Source of the DNA: the human T2T-CHM13v2.0 reference genome, Homo sapiens
Reading direction: 5' to 3' (one strand)
NCBI RefSeq assembly: GCF_009914755.1
Contig: NC_060945.1
Length of the DNA: 64,000 bases
The position numbers and the translations under genes are program-made. Below the pieces are notes generated by a model, which did no database searches, was not told the DNA's origin, and saw nothing but the letters and a program-made list of their open reading frames with translations. Position 1 is the first letter of the stretch, and each line of letters begins with the position of its first letter. Of the stretch, positions 18,439 through 35,260 are shown in pieces.

Positions 18439-20169
18439 AGGGGTATGAGGCAGGCTCGATTCCCTGAATCTTTTGGTCTCTTGCAGTTTTCCAGTGGTCA
18501 TCAATGCAGCTGGAATTCACTGTTGCAGCCAAGCAACCACATAATACCCAAGAGGAAGCAGAAAGCAAAGGCATTAATATAAGCACATGTGACCAAAATG
18601 CAACTGGAGCATACTAAACAACAGCTTTATTTGTGGCCTCCAGCATGGGCTGGGATGTGCCAACTGTGTAATTCTCCTGCGCATGAAGAACCGCAGAACC
18701 ATGCAGACTCTCTGGCTCTGCACAGGTCCAGTTGCACTTTTTGTAACTCTTTTAGTGACATTTTTCAATATTTAATCTCAAGCTAAAATTCTTAATTGCT
18801 TACTATTGTTGTTCATTAAAAATGTAAGAACAATCTGTGTGAAGTCCCACACCTTAGCGTAGTAGAGAAAGGACCAAAGTGAGAAGTGCAAAATCTCTCT
18901 TGAAAAGATGTGCTGTGACAAAAGAAATACTGCTTCTTTCTAAGTTACATCTAATAGCTATTTTAAATGCTCACATAAACACAAGGATTGATGAGGAAGG
19001 GAGCTGTCTGTCTCTACCGTGGTGATGCTAAAGGCTTAGCAGCAACATTGACAAATACATAGATCATTGTTGTCAAGGGGTTTTAGTTAATCATGAAGAA
19101 GAGCGGGAAAAGGATATAATGGAAAACGAAGATGAGACGTTGACCTGCAGATGTGATTGACTTGGAACCACACCCTGACAATTGCAGAGGCAGAAATAAA
19201 AACACTGGGACCAACCACAAGAGGCAAGTAGGTAATCCAGTTAACAGGAGGAAGAGCAGGTAACTGAAATGTCAGGAGCTTTATGTACTGACCTTCGATT
19301 ACCTCACGGTAAAGGAAAATATTGAAAAGGCCATTGATCTTGTATTCTTATTCATGAAAAACAGCAATTAGCGAGGTGATTGCAGTGTTTGAAAATGTGA
19401 TAGCAATTTACAAGTTCAAAATAAAAACAAGTGAAGAAAAGCCCTTGAGAAGGGCCACACATCAAATTTTCTAAGCATGATTTGATCTGCTTCAGAAAGA
19501 AGATGCTGAAATGCTGCAGCCCAGTGATGCAGGCAGTGACAGCTGACAGGGTAGGGGCTGAATGGAGAGGAGAAGTCATTCTCAACCTTCAGGTCATTGC
19601 CATTTTGTTAGTTCCAGTTCCCAAAGAAAAAAGGTAACCCCAATCTAAAGAGTGTTTGTACATGATGAAGGGCCTATCACTTGGTCATTTTCTCAGAACA
19701 AATAGGAAGGGACAGACTGCCACGAGATAAGGCTATTTTCCCCCTAAACAAAGCTCATTTGTTTCCACCAGCAGCCTCCATCCCTAAGCCCTCAACCTGG
19801 GCTGACACAGATAATGCCTTAAAGGCAGGCTGCCCCTCACACAGACACAAGAACCTAGTCAGCAAATATAAGCAAATGTAGGTCCCTTTGTCTCCCAGGA
19901 TAAAGCTGGCACCAACCCTCTGCTGGACAAATTAAAAGACAAGATTTTCCACCACTAATCAAATCTCTTCCATGTAATGAGCACCACTGTCTTCTAGGGC
20001 AACTGTGATTACGTCCGTTTTCCAGATGAAATGCTGAGAAAGTGATAATAATGGAAGTGTCACACACACCCAGGGTGTGCTTCCTTGTTTTCAAAGTATT
20101 TTTCCTAAGTTATGGCCGTTTGCTTTGTTGTTTACGATAATTTTGTGAGGTAGACAGGATGGGAGATAT

Positions 20170-20390
20170 GAGTTTAGGGATTTAGGTTATCATACTGTTC
20201 CTGAAGTCAGGTGATCTGCATTCAAACTGAACACACACCTCTAGTGACCTTCAGCAATGTTCTCAACCTTTCTGTGATTCAGTTTGCTCATCTGTAAAGG
20301 GGACAGAGGACTACAGTGAGACTGAGATGTGATGATGAAAGATCCTACACAGTGCCTGGCATTTAGAAAGTGCTCAGTAGTTTGCAGCCA
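20170..20390 (+). mobile_element. MIR
   Basis: ttcagtttgctcatctgtaaag...acagtgcctggcatttagaaagtgctcagta. Confidence 0.7.
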
Positions 20391-20788
20391 TCATGATTCC
20401 ACCTGTCACCATTGTGGTTGTCACCACAGATGAGGCAATGTGGCTGACATCCCTGAGATCCCAAAGTCAGAGAGGCAACCACAGGCAGAATCCACAGTTC
20501 CTGCTTCCAATCTATTATCCCTTCCCGTCTACTAGAGAAACAATGTCAAAACAGCAAAACCAGTTTCTAAAAAGTGGGGATAACATATTCAATGTGTTTT
20601 TTAAATAAATGAAAGTCAAAGTGCTATAAGTGCTGTACAAACGAGAAGAAGTGTGATTTGAAGCTTGAGCAAAGGCTCAGAAAGGGTCCTAATTTGTCCT
20701 TAGTTCTGTCCTGCACCATGTGATGATGAATTTGAGGTGTCGGGATGCTAGATGCCCTTCCTACCCCCAAATAAAAAGAGGGGGTGAC

Positions 20789-21050
20789 CTTGGGAGGCCA
20801 AAGCAGGCTGATCACGAGGTCAGGAGTTCGAGACCAGCCTGGCCAATATGGTGACACCCCATCTCTACTAAAAATACAAAAATTAGCCAGGTGTGGTGGC
20901 ATGCACCTGTAGTCCCACCTACTCGGGAGGCTGAGGCAGAATTGCTTGAACTCAGGAGGCAGAGCTTCCAGCGAGCCGAGATTGCACCACTGCACTCCAG
21001 CCTGGGCAACAAGAGCGAGACTCTGTCTCAATAAAAACAACAACAAAAAC
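20789..21050 (+). mobile_element. 5'-truncated AluS
   Basis: Starts ttgggaggcc; contains ggcaacaagagcgaga; (AAC)-containing tail. Confidence 0.88.
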
Positions 21051-22267
21051 CAGGGGTGGTTGATCCTCTGCATCAAAAGATACAATAACAGGAGGAAAGA
21101 CTGGTGCTGCGATCTGCAATAGAGATCTTTCACATCCTCCCAGGAACTGAAGTCCTAGCCCAAGGGGATACATTTTTTTTCTTATTAAGCAACGCTGCTG
21201 GGTTGTCTTCAAAATGAATCTATTTTCTGTTGAGTCTTGAGACTATATGCCCATATTTATTTTTTAGAGACCCAAATAATATTTCTAAAGGTCTCAATAG
21301 ACTAAAGTTTCCCCAAAATAAAGCTAGAATACACCTATGAGAAAAAGAAAAAAAAAATTCTACACATGGCTTCGAGCTCGCTCTTTTTTGACATTCTCTA
21401 AAGCTGATGATGAACTTTGGAGGTGAATTTCATAGCCTTTAAAATCACGCCATTCACCTCTTCAATAGGTAAGGATTGAATTCTCATTCAGCCAAATAAT
21501 GGGTTATTCTTATTTAAAGATATGCAGTAAATTAGATTCTTTTTTTTTTTTGGTGCCAACAATTAGGAATACATACTTCCTGTTTCTAAGCAATTTCAGG
21601 TTTAATTAGGATTCTCTAAGCCCCATTTGTCTTAACAATTTGACAGCTCCGGCTTCCCCTTCCACACCCACACTTTTCCTTTTTTTACACTCTCCCCCGT
21701 TTGTAGTATTTTATTCCACATAAATGCCAGGAGGGAAAGGGAAGCAAGCTTAAGTGCAAATCAGATCGCTTGTTTCTTCTCTGGAACAGGCCACTTTCAA
21801 GGCACCTATGATAAAAGGTTATTTTCCCTTGACTGACAATTATCTCTAAGCTAATTATTAAAGTGTCTTATTAAAATGTGCATGTCTGGGGGACTTCCAA
21901 GGGAAGCAGGATGAAATCCCCTGGAAGAAGAATATGACATCACAGGAGTAATGTGCAGGAGAGCGCCCTGTTTGTCCATTTAAATTAGTTTCATCATCCA
22001 TAACAAGTGTTTAAAAAGCAGAAAAGCAAGCGTGATGCATAATGCATTGTGCCATGATGCATAATAATTAGGCCTGCTCCCCGCCACCCCGTCTCCCAAG
22101 ACTTAAAAATCTCTCCGAGTAAGCATTTTGTTCTCAAGGCTTTGACAAAAATGCCATTTAGGGACTTTCAAATTTACAGCTAGGCAATTTGTCATCATTT
22201 ATATGACAGAGTAGAAGGTAAAAGGAATATAACACTGCGTGGTTCATCACTTCAAGAAGCTCCCGGT

Positions 22268-22580
<313 letters not shown>

Positions 22581-22718
22581 AAGAAGCTCCCGGTGATGAA
22601 AGCTCCTTGGGCCTCGATGTGGTAAAGGGACATCCGCCTGTCCCTGCAACACTGCCTGGATGGAGGCACCCCGCCCCCATGCGATGTGTTGTTTTCTTTT
22701 TAAAAAAAAGACAAAGTC

Positions 22719-23040
<322 letters not shown>

Positions 23041-24542
23041 CAAAGTCACATAAGATAGTTATCCCACGCTTGAGCATTTGCTCTTGGAAAGCCAACGTTA
23101 ACTGAAGGTTTAGAAATCAATCTTCAGCTTCATATATGTTGCTTCTTCTCCAACCCTCCATGGACACTGAGGTTAAGAACAGAACAATTAAAAATATTCT
23201 TTACTCTAAAATAGCATTTTTTGAAGATGTGATAAAATCTAAGAGAACGACTAAATTTAGATAATGTCTAAAACACAGCTGAACCAAAAAAGGAAAGAGA
23301 TGGTCTTTGGAATGAGACATTGTTACTTTAAAATAACCACATAATTATTTTATATAAAAAGAGCTTTTTCTGGCTTTAAAATAAAATTTAGATCTGAAGT
23401 ACAAATGTAGCATTTCCTGTTGAAGTATGACAGGAAACCAGGATTTGAGGTCTAATAAGCCCTACACGGAGCCCATTTGCGTAACAGCCATCCACCCATT
23501 TGCTCAACACTGACTGAGCACCTAAGGTAGGCTGGATTCTTCACTGGGGCCCAGGGCTATTTGCCCAAGAAAATCTAACTGAGGAAAAACACGGAACACA
23601 AAGCTGATTATTTTAGGACTGGTTAGAAAGGGTTAATATAAATGATTTAATGATTGAATGATTAATGGAGTCCAAAAGGCAGACTCAAGTGACCAGAAAA
23701 ATTCTCTTTCAGCTAATTTAACATTTTACCGTAATTGAACACAGATTGCCTCAAACCACAGCACTGTGCTGGGCTGCACCCAGGCAGGGGAGCTTTTCAG
23801 CCCCATGTGAACCTTCCCCAGACAGTGGGGGCAGTCTATGTCGTCAAAACACATTATTGGATTTTCACCCTATAAGATGTTGAGTCTCAGGAAACAACAA
23901 GGGCCAAACACATAATGGTTGTGTATACGTTCCCAATTGCATACTTAGCATTCACTGAGCCATAAATTTAGGAACATAATGCTAATGCCATATAATTACT
24001 AATCCTCACAAATTTTGAGTGTAAAAAAGGCCCATCTCAGTCAACCAACGAGATCATTGTGGGCCAAGCTGTTGTGATAAATCACGCAATCTAGCATGGA
24101 TATATTGATCTGCATTGGCTTATATGCGAATTTCTAATTTCTTCCAACATTCTTCTCATGAATATGTTTGCCATGATGGAAACTGTCTAGAGCTGGGAGA
24201 TAGGCCAGCTTGGTTTGGGTTCCAGCTCCATTCCACTCATATTGTGCCTCATTAAAGAAGTCAATTTACATCTTTGATCCTCACTCCCCTCTTATCTTTC
24301 AAATAGAAGATTTTGACAGGTAATTAACAAAGGTCCTTCCATGTCTAACTGTTGATGGTTCTAGGGCTCTAGGGCCTTAATTCCCAAGAGCAGGATATCA
24401 TCATCAGGAATGGGATAAGGCAGGAAGTTGACAATTTATGGAGAAAAATAATGTGTGTAGGGATATATAAATAAAGGCCCCCTGCTTGTGACTAAAAAAA
24501 GCTAGAACTATAAAAAGCTCTTAGGTAAAAAATTGGGGTCAT

Positions 24543-25085
24543 GCCCAGCAATCCCATTACGGGGTATATACCCAGAGGGTTATAAATCATTCTACTATAA
24601 AGACACATGCACACATATGTTTATTACAGCACTATATATAATAGCAAAGACTTGGAAACAACCCAAATGCCCATCAATGATAAACTAGATAAAGAAAATG
24701 TGGCACAGATATACCATGGAATACTATGCAGCCATAAAAAAGAATGAGATCATGTCCTTTGCAGGGACATGGATGAAGCTGGAAGCCATCACTCTCAGCA
24801 AACTAACCCAGGAACAGAAAACCAAACACTGCATGTTCTCACTCGTAAGTGGAAGTTGAACAATGAGAACACATGGACACAAGGAGGGGAACGTCACACA
24901 CCAGGGCCTGTCAGGGAGTGGGGGCAAGGTGGGGGAGAGCATTAGGACAAATACCTAATGCATATGGGGCTTACAACCTAGATGACAGGTTGATAAGTGC
25001 AGCAAACCACCATGGCACATGTATACCTCTGTAACAAACCTGCACATTCTGCACAGGTATCCCAGAACTGAAAGTAAAATAAAAT
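24543..25085 (+). mobile_element. 5'-truncated L1PA (PA8-like) 3' end
   Basis: cccagcaatcccattac ... cccagaactgaaagtaaaataaaa; approximate TSD aaatt(g/a)gggtcat. Confidence 0.92.
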
Positions 25086-25435
25086 TTTTTTAAATTAGGG
25101 TCATAAATATGTATTACAGAAAAAAATTATCTTATGGTTGAACTCCATAGCCATGTAAAAATTCAAAGAAAAAAACAAAAAATCAAGAGTGAGTGAATTT
25201 GGATAAATCACCCAGTGTGGCCCTGAGCCTAACTCCATTCAAGATTTATGCCCACTTAAACATCAGAACCTCCCAGGTTTCAATGTTAACCTTAATTTCC
25301 TCATTAAGCAATAACTTCTCTAGAGCACAATAATAGATTATAATTTATTATGCTTTTAACTTAGTAAATTGCCTTAAAATATATTATCAATAATTTAGTA
25401 CAGCAAGTTTTTTGTACCCAAACCAGATATCCAGA

Positions 25436-25610
25436 CATATATATATATGTATGAACTGTAGTTGGGGAGGGCTTCGCAGATATATATATATCTTCACATA
25501 TATATAGATATATATATCTTCACATATAGATCTTCACATATATAGAGAGATATATATATCTTCACATATATATAGATATATATATCTTCACATATATATA
25601 TATATACACA
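25436..25610. repeat. AT-rich compound tandem repeat ((TA)n with repeated tcttcaca units)
   Basis: Several copies of atatatcttcacatatata(ga). Confidence 0.9.
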
Positions 25611-25825
25611 CTCTAATTTCTTGAATCATCTTCACTGTTTTGAGTTTGTCAAATTGTCTTTTTTGACTTTTCACAACTTAAGAGTCAGTACATTTTTCAT
25701 TTTATCTTTTAGCTCTGTTGCACACAGCTTTGCTCTGAGAGTCCTTAAAAGCTTCTCACTGCAGCCTGGATTTTGCTCTTCAGCCTCCTTCAGATCCATT
25801 CAGTCTCTAGATTTATGTGCATGCA

Positions 25826-25838
25826 TGCACACACACAG

Positions 25839-25873
<35 letters not shown>
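25826..25873. repeat. (CA)n microsatellite, interrupted
   Basis: Direct reading. Confidence 0.9.
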
Positions 25874-25874
<1 letters not shown>

Positions 25875-26037
25875 CCCACAGCAGTGCTTTCAATGCCTAG
25901 CCCTCTTCTCAAACTGCAGGACAGCACTGATCCATGTTCCCTAGGATTCTGTGGCAACAGCTTCACTTCCATAAAGCCCTCCCGAAGTACAGTTCACAAA
26001 GCTTCCTTTCTCCTCTATGTTTATATTTAACATTTTT

Positions 26038-26806
<769 letters not shown>

Positions 26807-27321
26807 TTAGAATGATCAGGAGCTCATTTTATAATCTAACTAAATTGGATTATTCAGTTTGTCTCCTTGTTTTATTAGCTTATATTACCTCTGTTTTTTT
26901 TTAAAAAAAAAGACTTTGTTACTTTGTACTTATCTATGTCATAATTTCCTAATGAAATGGCCAACTAAGAAACCATATTTATACTGTGCTTATCTTATTC
27001 CATATTCCCAATGGACATAAAATAAGCACAGTAAATATTTTCAGGTTAATGAATGCTCTCCTTCTAAGAAAGCCCATTGGTGAGTTTACACTGGTTTCAT
27101 CTTCGGTCATTAATAACATTAGTAACATTCTGTATCATGATCACCCTGCTTAGATAGTGCCAGTTCCTCACAATCTGTATCACGTTGAGATGGGTATATA
27201 CAATATGTAAACCCTACTTCTCTTTATTTTCAGTTTTTCAATAAGTACAAAACTATAACTTTTTCAATAAGTACAAAAGCAAAGAATTTACACATAAACT
27301 TCTTATAAGAAATAACACTTC

Positions 27322-27630
27322 GGCCTGGCTCAGTGGCTCATGCCTGCAATCTCAGCACTTTGGGAGGCCGAGGCGGGCGGATCACTTGAGGTCAAGAGTT
27401 GGAGACCAGCTTGACCCACATGGCGAAACCCCGTCTCTACTAAAAATACAAAAATTAGCCGGGCTTGGTGGTTCATGCTTGTAATTCCAGCGGCTTGGGA
27501 GGCTGAGACAGGAGAATTGCTTGAACCCGGGAGGCAGAAGTTGCCGTGAGCCGAAATTGTGCCACTGCACTCCAGCCAGGGTGACAAAGCGAGACACCAG
27601 CCCCCCAGCACCGCCCCCCCAAAAAAGAAA
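27322..27630 (+). mobile_element. AluS with C-rich insertion before the tail
   Basis: Full Alu ending gcgagacaccagccccccagcaccgccccccc aaaaaag. Confidence 0.9.
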
Positions 27631-28848
27631 GAATGCTTAATCTTAGCATACATACATTGTGTGTGTGTGTGTGTGTGTGTCAATAAGTGTGCAAGATGAG
27701 GAGAGAAAGGAAGACAGACAAGGAGGCCAAAAACAGATAAACCATAAAAAAAAACCATTAAGCTGCTCAACGAAAAAGTGAGGCTGCAGATGTGAAATAT
27801 GAAATGAATTGTAAATTATTTTGAGGTCAAAGTTACACTAAGTTGAATCCTGTAAATCTCAATTCAACTTGTTTAAGGCTTTCAAAACTCACAACGTGGA
27901 ACACATTTTTAAACTTAAAATTTTTCAGGATATGAATGAGGGAAAATGGATATTTGGGTGATACCAAGTTATACTACATAACAAAAAATATAAATATTTA
28001 TAGGTGTGCTTAACCCTTCATTTTCTGGTTACTAAAAACCCAAATAGCTTTATACTAACAGGAACCAAAATTGATCCCAATGATTTGTAAAATAATAGAT
28101 GGTGATTGCTACAGTGAAACCTCACCCAAATTCACTGTCAATACTACATTTTTGTATACTTTAATTTCAAGAGAAATACAAAAAACAGAAGAAATTAAAC
28201 TTGTCAGTTATGAGTTGATTGAAGCTGATTAGCCCTTCAGGATGTGCCCTCTGATCCATACATATTGCAATGCAGTCAGGTTTCAGCATCTCTTGGGTTA
28301 TGCTGTGATAAAATTATAGAATAATTCTCATCAGGTGTTATAAAATCCCTGTCAATGACTCCATTCTGGCACATAGTTTGCAGAAACGCAAATTTCACAG
28401 AGTCTCAAAAGAAAAAAAAAAAGTAGGCAATATTGGCAGTAATTAAACACACAAGGCTATAAAATCTATCCACAGCTTTAGTTTAACGGTAAACTCACAT
28501 TGTGAGACACCGCCATGGGGATAATCTAGACCCAACCTTATCAGCAGTCATGCTTGGATCATCCCCATTGGGCTCCCTCTGTCCCCCAGCCTCCCACCTA
28601 GGTCAGTACCCAGCCGCCATCACTGTCCTAGTGGCAGATCATCTCACCCCGGCACCGTGGAATTAGCCTTTGCTTGGCCACCCTTCCACCAATTCTCTCT
28701 GCTCTCCAATGTCTCTTATGTGCGGCAACCAAAATACTGCATTGATTGCTCAAATAGAGATGAGCATTTTAACACACGAATCTTCAATTCAATTCCATCT
28801 AAATTTGAATTCAAATCTTTCCACAATCTGCTCCCTATCCCATTTTTA

Positions 28849-29176
<328 letters not shown>

Positions 29177-29694
29177 TAGATGTGTCTTCCACCATGACTT
29201 TGCACAGCAGCTTGATAGAATTCAGTGTCTCTCCCTCCACACCCGGGGACTTCCCTCATTTTCCTCTTTTCTCCTGCCAATCTTTTCACTGCCCACGTTT
29301 CCCAGTCAAAAGCATACACAACCTTAAAAGTAAAGTTTTTAAATCCCCCTCTCTTTGAAGCCCTTTTTAAATAGGCTAATCAGAAGTTGTTTTCTGCTTC
29401 CATAAACACTGCAGAGCTTTCTCTGTATGTCCGACATGGTGGTCATTATTGGGTACACCCTTTTAGAAGCTGTGAGCATGTCCTATTGTCCTGGAGACTT
29501 TGCCATGACCCAGAAAAGAGGAAGTTGTTTTGTTTCTTGCACAGTCGTTAATATAGTGTTTTTTTCTCATTTATTTATTCAACAAATATGGAGGGAGCAA
29601 CTTACGTGTCAGTCCTTGTTCTAAGAACTGAAGATACTACAATGGGCAACACAAAATCCCTGCTTTCTTGGATGTTACAGTTTAGTGCATATAG

Positions 29695-30064
<370 letters not shown>

Positions 30065-31693
30065 TCAGTAAACATTTTCAAAAATTTTTGAACCAAATAT
30101 CTTTGTATTCCTCAAAGTATATACAACATATCAGAAATTACATGGCTAGTCAACAAAGATTTTTTTTTTAAGTAAGGGGTTTTATTGTTATATCTTTTAT
30201 GGGTGCGTGAGAGTTGAGAATTCTAGGGCATAATGCTTGTTGATCTTTTAATTAAAATACAAGTGCAGATCTTCCAAATGCAGAAACTATTGTCACACAG
30301 AGATATACTGTCATTCCATCAGAAATATAAATAAATAAAGTAGAACTGAAGAGACAGCAATGACATCCAGTCCCTAAGAGCTATACATTGCTTTAAACAA
30401 CATTCATTGGTTTAATTATTCAATCAGTAACTACTTACTGGGCACCTGCAGCCTGTTAGTCACTCTTCTAGGTGAGCACAGTAGACAAATGTGGGCTTCC
30501 CCAGTTGGGAGAGACAGATGATAAACTTCTAAGTATATGATTTTAAGTACTCTGACTTCCACAAAGAAACCTGAAGCATGGCAAGGAGAAACTGAACAAT
30601 CAAGGAGGCCACTTTGTTTTAGATCAGGTGGTCAGGGAGACCTCTCTTAGGTGGTGATATTTGGACAGAGAACTGAAAGAAGTGAAGAAGTGGGGCGGGA
30701 AAAGGCCAGGGTAGAGCATTCCAGGCAGAACACGCGGCCAGTGCAGTGCTGAGGAGAGGACCAGCTCAGCAAGCTGTAGAAACATCCAGGTGGCCAGCAT
30801 GGCTCTGTGGAGGGGGTGGGGTGGGCCAGCCCAAGCCAGGCCATGGAAGGGGTTTGAGGTGTAGGCAATGCTGTGTTTATTTTGGGGATGAAGGGAGAGG
30901 CTTTGGAAAGAGGAGTGATGTAATCTGCTTTATATTTTGAGGAAATCCCTTGGCTACTGGGTGGAAATTCAGCTGTGAGTTGGCAGATTATCATGATAGT
31001 CCAGGCAAAAAGGAGAACGCAGCTTGAAGGAATTTAAAGGTAGAAGAAATGGTCAGATTCTTAAAGTAGCATCACTAGGACATGCTGGTGGTTTGAATAC
31101 AAGATGTGAAGGACAGAGAGGAATCAAGGACGACTCTGAGATTTCTGTTCTGTGCAGTGAGGGACGAGCGATGCTCAGTTTGAATGACCAAAATGTGAGA
31201 TAGAAGTGGTTACAGGGAGGAAAATCCAGAAGGCCTCCTTCAGAGAGTTTAAATGTTGAGATACCTGTGAGTTTTGTAAAGGGATGTTGAGTAGGCAGCT
31301 GGATTTCAGGATCTGGATTTGAGCTCAGAGAAGAAATCATGGATAGAGATACGAATATGGAAGTCATCAGCATAGAGAGGGCATTTAATGCCTTGACCTA
31401 AATTAAATTATATAGAGAGGAATTAGAGAGAGGAAGGGAAGGGAAAGGAAGCAGAGAGGAAAGGAGAGGAGAAGAGAGGGGTAAGAATTAATCCCTGGAG
31501 TGGGCTGCAACATTTAGAGTCTAATTAGAGGGAAGAAGCTCACCAAAGACACTGAGAAGGAGAAGCCAGTGAGGCAGAGGGAAACCCAGAGAGTGAGGTG
31601 TGCACGGTCCAGGTGAAGGTGTTTCAGGAAGGGAAGTGTGATCTGTTGTGTCACAGCTGCTGAGAGAGTGAACATGAGGAAATCTAGAAACGT

Positions 31694-31967
31694 GGCCCAT
31701 GTGTGGTGGCTCATGCCTGCAATCTTAGCACATAAAGAGACCCCCATCTCTGCAAAAAAATTAAAAATTAGCTGGGCGTGGTGGTGCAGCACCTGTAGTC
31801 CAGCTACTCAGGAGGCTGAGGTGGAAGGATCACTCGAGCCCAGGAGTTTGAGGCCATGGTGAACTGTGATTGTGCCACTGCATGCCAGCCTAGGCCACAG
31901 AGTCAGTCCATGTCTCAAAAAAAAAAAAAAAAGAAAGAAAAGAAAGAAAGAAAATAAACAGAAAAAG
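31694..31967 (+). mobile_element. AluJ with internal left-arm deletion
   Basis: Jumps from aatcttagca to cataaagagaccc; TSD ctagaaa(c/t)gt. Confidence 0.85.
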
Positions 31968-32091
31968 AAGACTAGAAATGTGGAAGTCATCAGCCTCATT
32001 GACAAAAGCAGATTCAATGGAGTGGTGAAGAAGACCCTGATCAGTGTGTGTTCAACAGAGACTGAAAGATGAGAGTGTCAGGTGAGTTGAA

Positions 32092-32373
32092 ACAGCGCTA
32101 ATCGAAGTGTGTACAGACCAGCTGCTTGTTTCTTGTCTACAATGAGACAAGCACAGAAACTGAGAAGTTGCTGCAACATTCAAGGGTGTGATCAGTGGGC
32201 TCCATTCTCAGGAAGGGCGGTACAGGCAACTTTGTGTATCGTTCAACTCATGTGATAAGAAGCATGAGCAACAAGCTGTGTTTGAGGCAAGTACTGTAAG
32301 GACCTCACATCAAGCTGCAACAGATTGGAAAATGAAAAACTGATCTTTCAGCACAGTTAGTTTGAGAAGCACT
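32092..32373. mobile_element. hAT-Charlie-type non-autonomous DNA transposon (subfamily not assigned)
   Basis: Termini cagcgctaatcgaagtgtg ... agtttgagaagcacta resemble Charlie TIRs. Confidence 0.55.
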
Positions 32374-32571
32374 AGTATACTCAATTCTTTCCAGTAGTTT
32401 TACTATTAAAAAGTATCAGAGGAATTGGATGGAAGAAGGAAGTGGTGACAAGATGGGAGGTGGTGGTTGTTAGTACGTTTTACAGTGGTAGGGATAACAG
32501 AGAGAAAACAGAATGTTGATATGCTGAGCTGGAAGAGGGGGAAGTTGAGGCTGAGATAAAATGCAAGGGCA

Positions 32572-32710
32572 GGACTGATGCAGTGGCTCACACCTGTATT
32601 TGCAGCACTTTGGGAGGCTGAGGCGGGGGGACTGTTTGAGCCCAGGAGTTCAAGACCAGCCCAGGCAACATAGTGAGACCCTGTTTCTATAAAAATAAAT
32701 AAATAAAAAT
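32572..32710 (+). mobile_element. FLAM / Alu left monomer
   Basis: Monomer with tail; TSD aaat(g/a)caagggca. Confidence 0.88.
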
Positions 32711-32879
32711 AAATACAAGGGCAAAGTCTTTAAGCAGATGGGAGATGTGGAATTCTGGACATGAATGGAGGTTTCAGCTTTCAACAGGAGCAAGGCCAGG
32801 GCTTCCATGGTCACAGTAGCGAAGGTCATGTGTATGGGTCTGGTGTGGGACCTGAGATTAAGGTTCCATATTGTGTTGC

Positions 32880-33610
<731 letters not shown>

Positions 33611-34502
33611 GGAGTGGACGCTGATCACATGAAAAATTGAGTGTGTGGGTGTGTATTGGAGAGCAGGGAATAGTCCAAGTATTCACTTGATTCTTCGGTT
33701 TTCTCAGTAAATCATATGAGGTTATCGACTCAGAGTCTGGGAAAGGAAGGGGAGTTTGAGGTTTGGGGAGGTGAGAAAGGTGTGAAGTAGTCTTCCCACA
33801 GACACAGAAATCAACTAGGGCAGTGAGGTAGATTGAGGGCAGAGCTAAGAGCCCACTCGAGGTTTGTGGTCATGCATAATGAGACCAGTCAGAGCACAGT
33901 GTGTGCAGCGAGAGCTCCTTGGTCAAGTGCAGCTGCTCTGATGCAATGGCAGATAGGCTGGGGCTGTATAATCAGGTATATCACAAAGTCTATAGTCTCT
34001 GAGACATGGGTGAGTAGGTGTGAGCACCTGGTGAAACAGGTCAGAGGAAAAGCAAGTTGGCGTTGGAGTCAGCTGTCAAGAGATAGATCCGTGATGGTAT
34101 CGAGATCACTACAGACAGGTGGTGGTCACCTAGTGTTGTCCGCTGAAATTTGGAGGGTTTAATTTTTAATCCAAATACCATAGAAATGGATATGAAAAGA
34201 TGGGTGACACATGCTGCACGTTGGGAAGTGGGGATGACCAGGTGCTTAGTTGCATGGGAGAGGCCACAAGTGCTTGGCAATGTTTTCGTGACTGAGCCTC
34301 TCATCTCAGGAATGAGCTGAGATTCCAGAAATGCTGGGATGAAAACAAACCAACCCTGAGACTCCCAAATTGTTCTCATATTGCCACATTTTTTCCCACA
34401 TCTTCCTTCAGAAAAGCTTAAGAAAGCCATGTTTGCTATCTGGCTCTTCTTAACTCTCCCCATAACTTACATTTCCAGTTTTCCAGATAAGCATGGCCAT
34501 TT

Positions 34503-34931
34503 GTGTTAGGTCATTCTTGCATTGCTATAAAGAAATACCAGAGACTGGGTAATTTATAAAGAAAGGCGGTTTCATTGGCTCACAGTTCTGCAGGCTTTAC
34601 AGGAAGCCTGGTGCTGGCATCTACTCAGCTTCTAAGAAAGCCTCAAGAAGCTTACACTCATGAAGGAAGGTGAGAGGGGAGTAGGCAGGTCATAGGGTGA
34701 AAGCAGGAACAAGAGAGACAGGGAGTAGGTGGGGGAGGTGCCACACACTTTTAGATGACCAGATCTTAAGAGAACTCCCTATCACGAAGACAGCACCACG
34801 CCATGAAGGTTCCCTCCTAATGGATGGCGCCAAGCCGTGATCCAAACGTCTCCCACCAGGCCCCACCTCCAGCACTGGGAATTACAACTGGACATGAGAT
34901 TTGGGCAGGGAAAAATATCCAAGCTATATCA
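34503..34931 (-). mobile_element. MSTA-like solo LTR
   Basis: tgtgttaggtcattcttgcattgctataaagaaatacc ... ccaggccccacctccagcactggg...atccaagctatatca. Confidence 0.88.
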
Positions 34932-35014
34932 CCACTCTAAATAGTATGTGCACTCGGAAACCAGCTGACCTATCTGGGGCTCACTCATCCAGGAAGACAG
35001 CCTGGAAGTCAAGT

Positions 35015-35260
35015 GCAGGAGTTCTGGAATTAGACTGCCCGGGTTCAAATCCTGCTTCCACCCCGGCTCAATGTATGCCTTCTCTAGGAAAGGCATTCAC
35101 CTTTGTAAGTCTTGAATTTCCGCAAGTGTAAAGTGGAAATAATACCAACAGGCACCTCAAAGACTTGTTTGTCAATTAAATGGGATGGTAGAAAAAAGCA
35201 CTTAGCACAGTTTCTGGCACACAATAAGAGCTCAATGAATATTAGCAATTACTATAAACA
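35015..35260 (+). mobile_element. MIR
   Basis: gggttcaaatcctgcttccac...gcacttagcacagtttctggcacacaataagagctcaat. Confidence 0.8.

Noticed and set aside
27234-27278. Short tandem duplication tttttcaataagtacaaaa x2 (similar case at ~54694-54718)
   Set aside because: Ordinary slippage-type micro-duplications.
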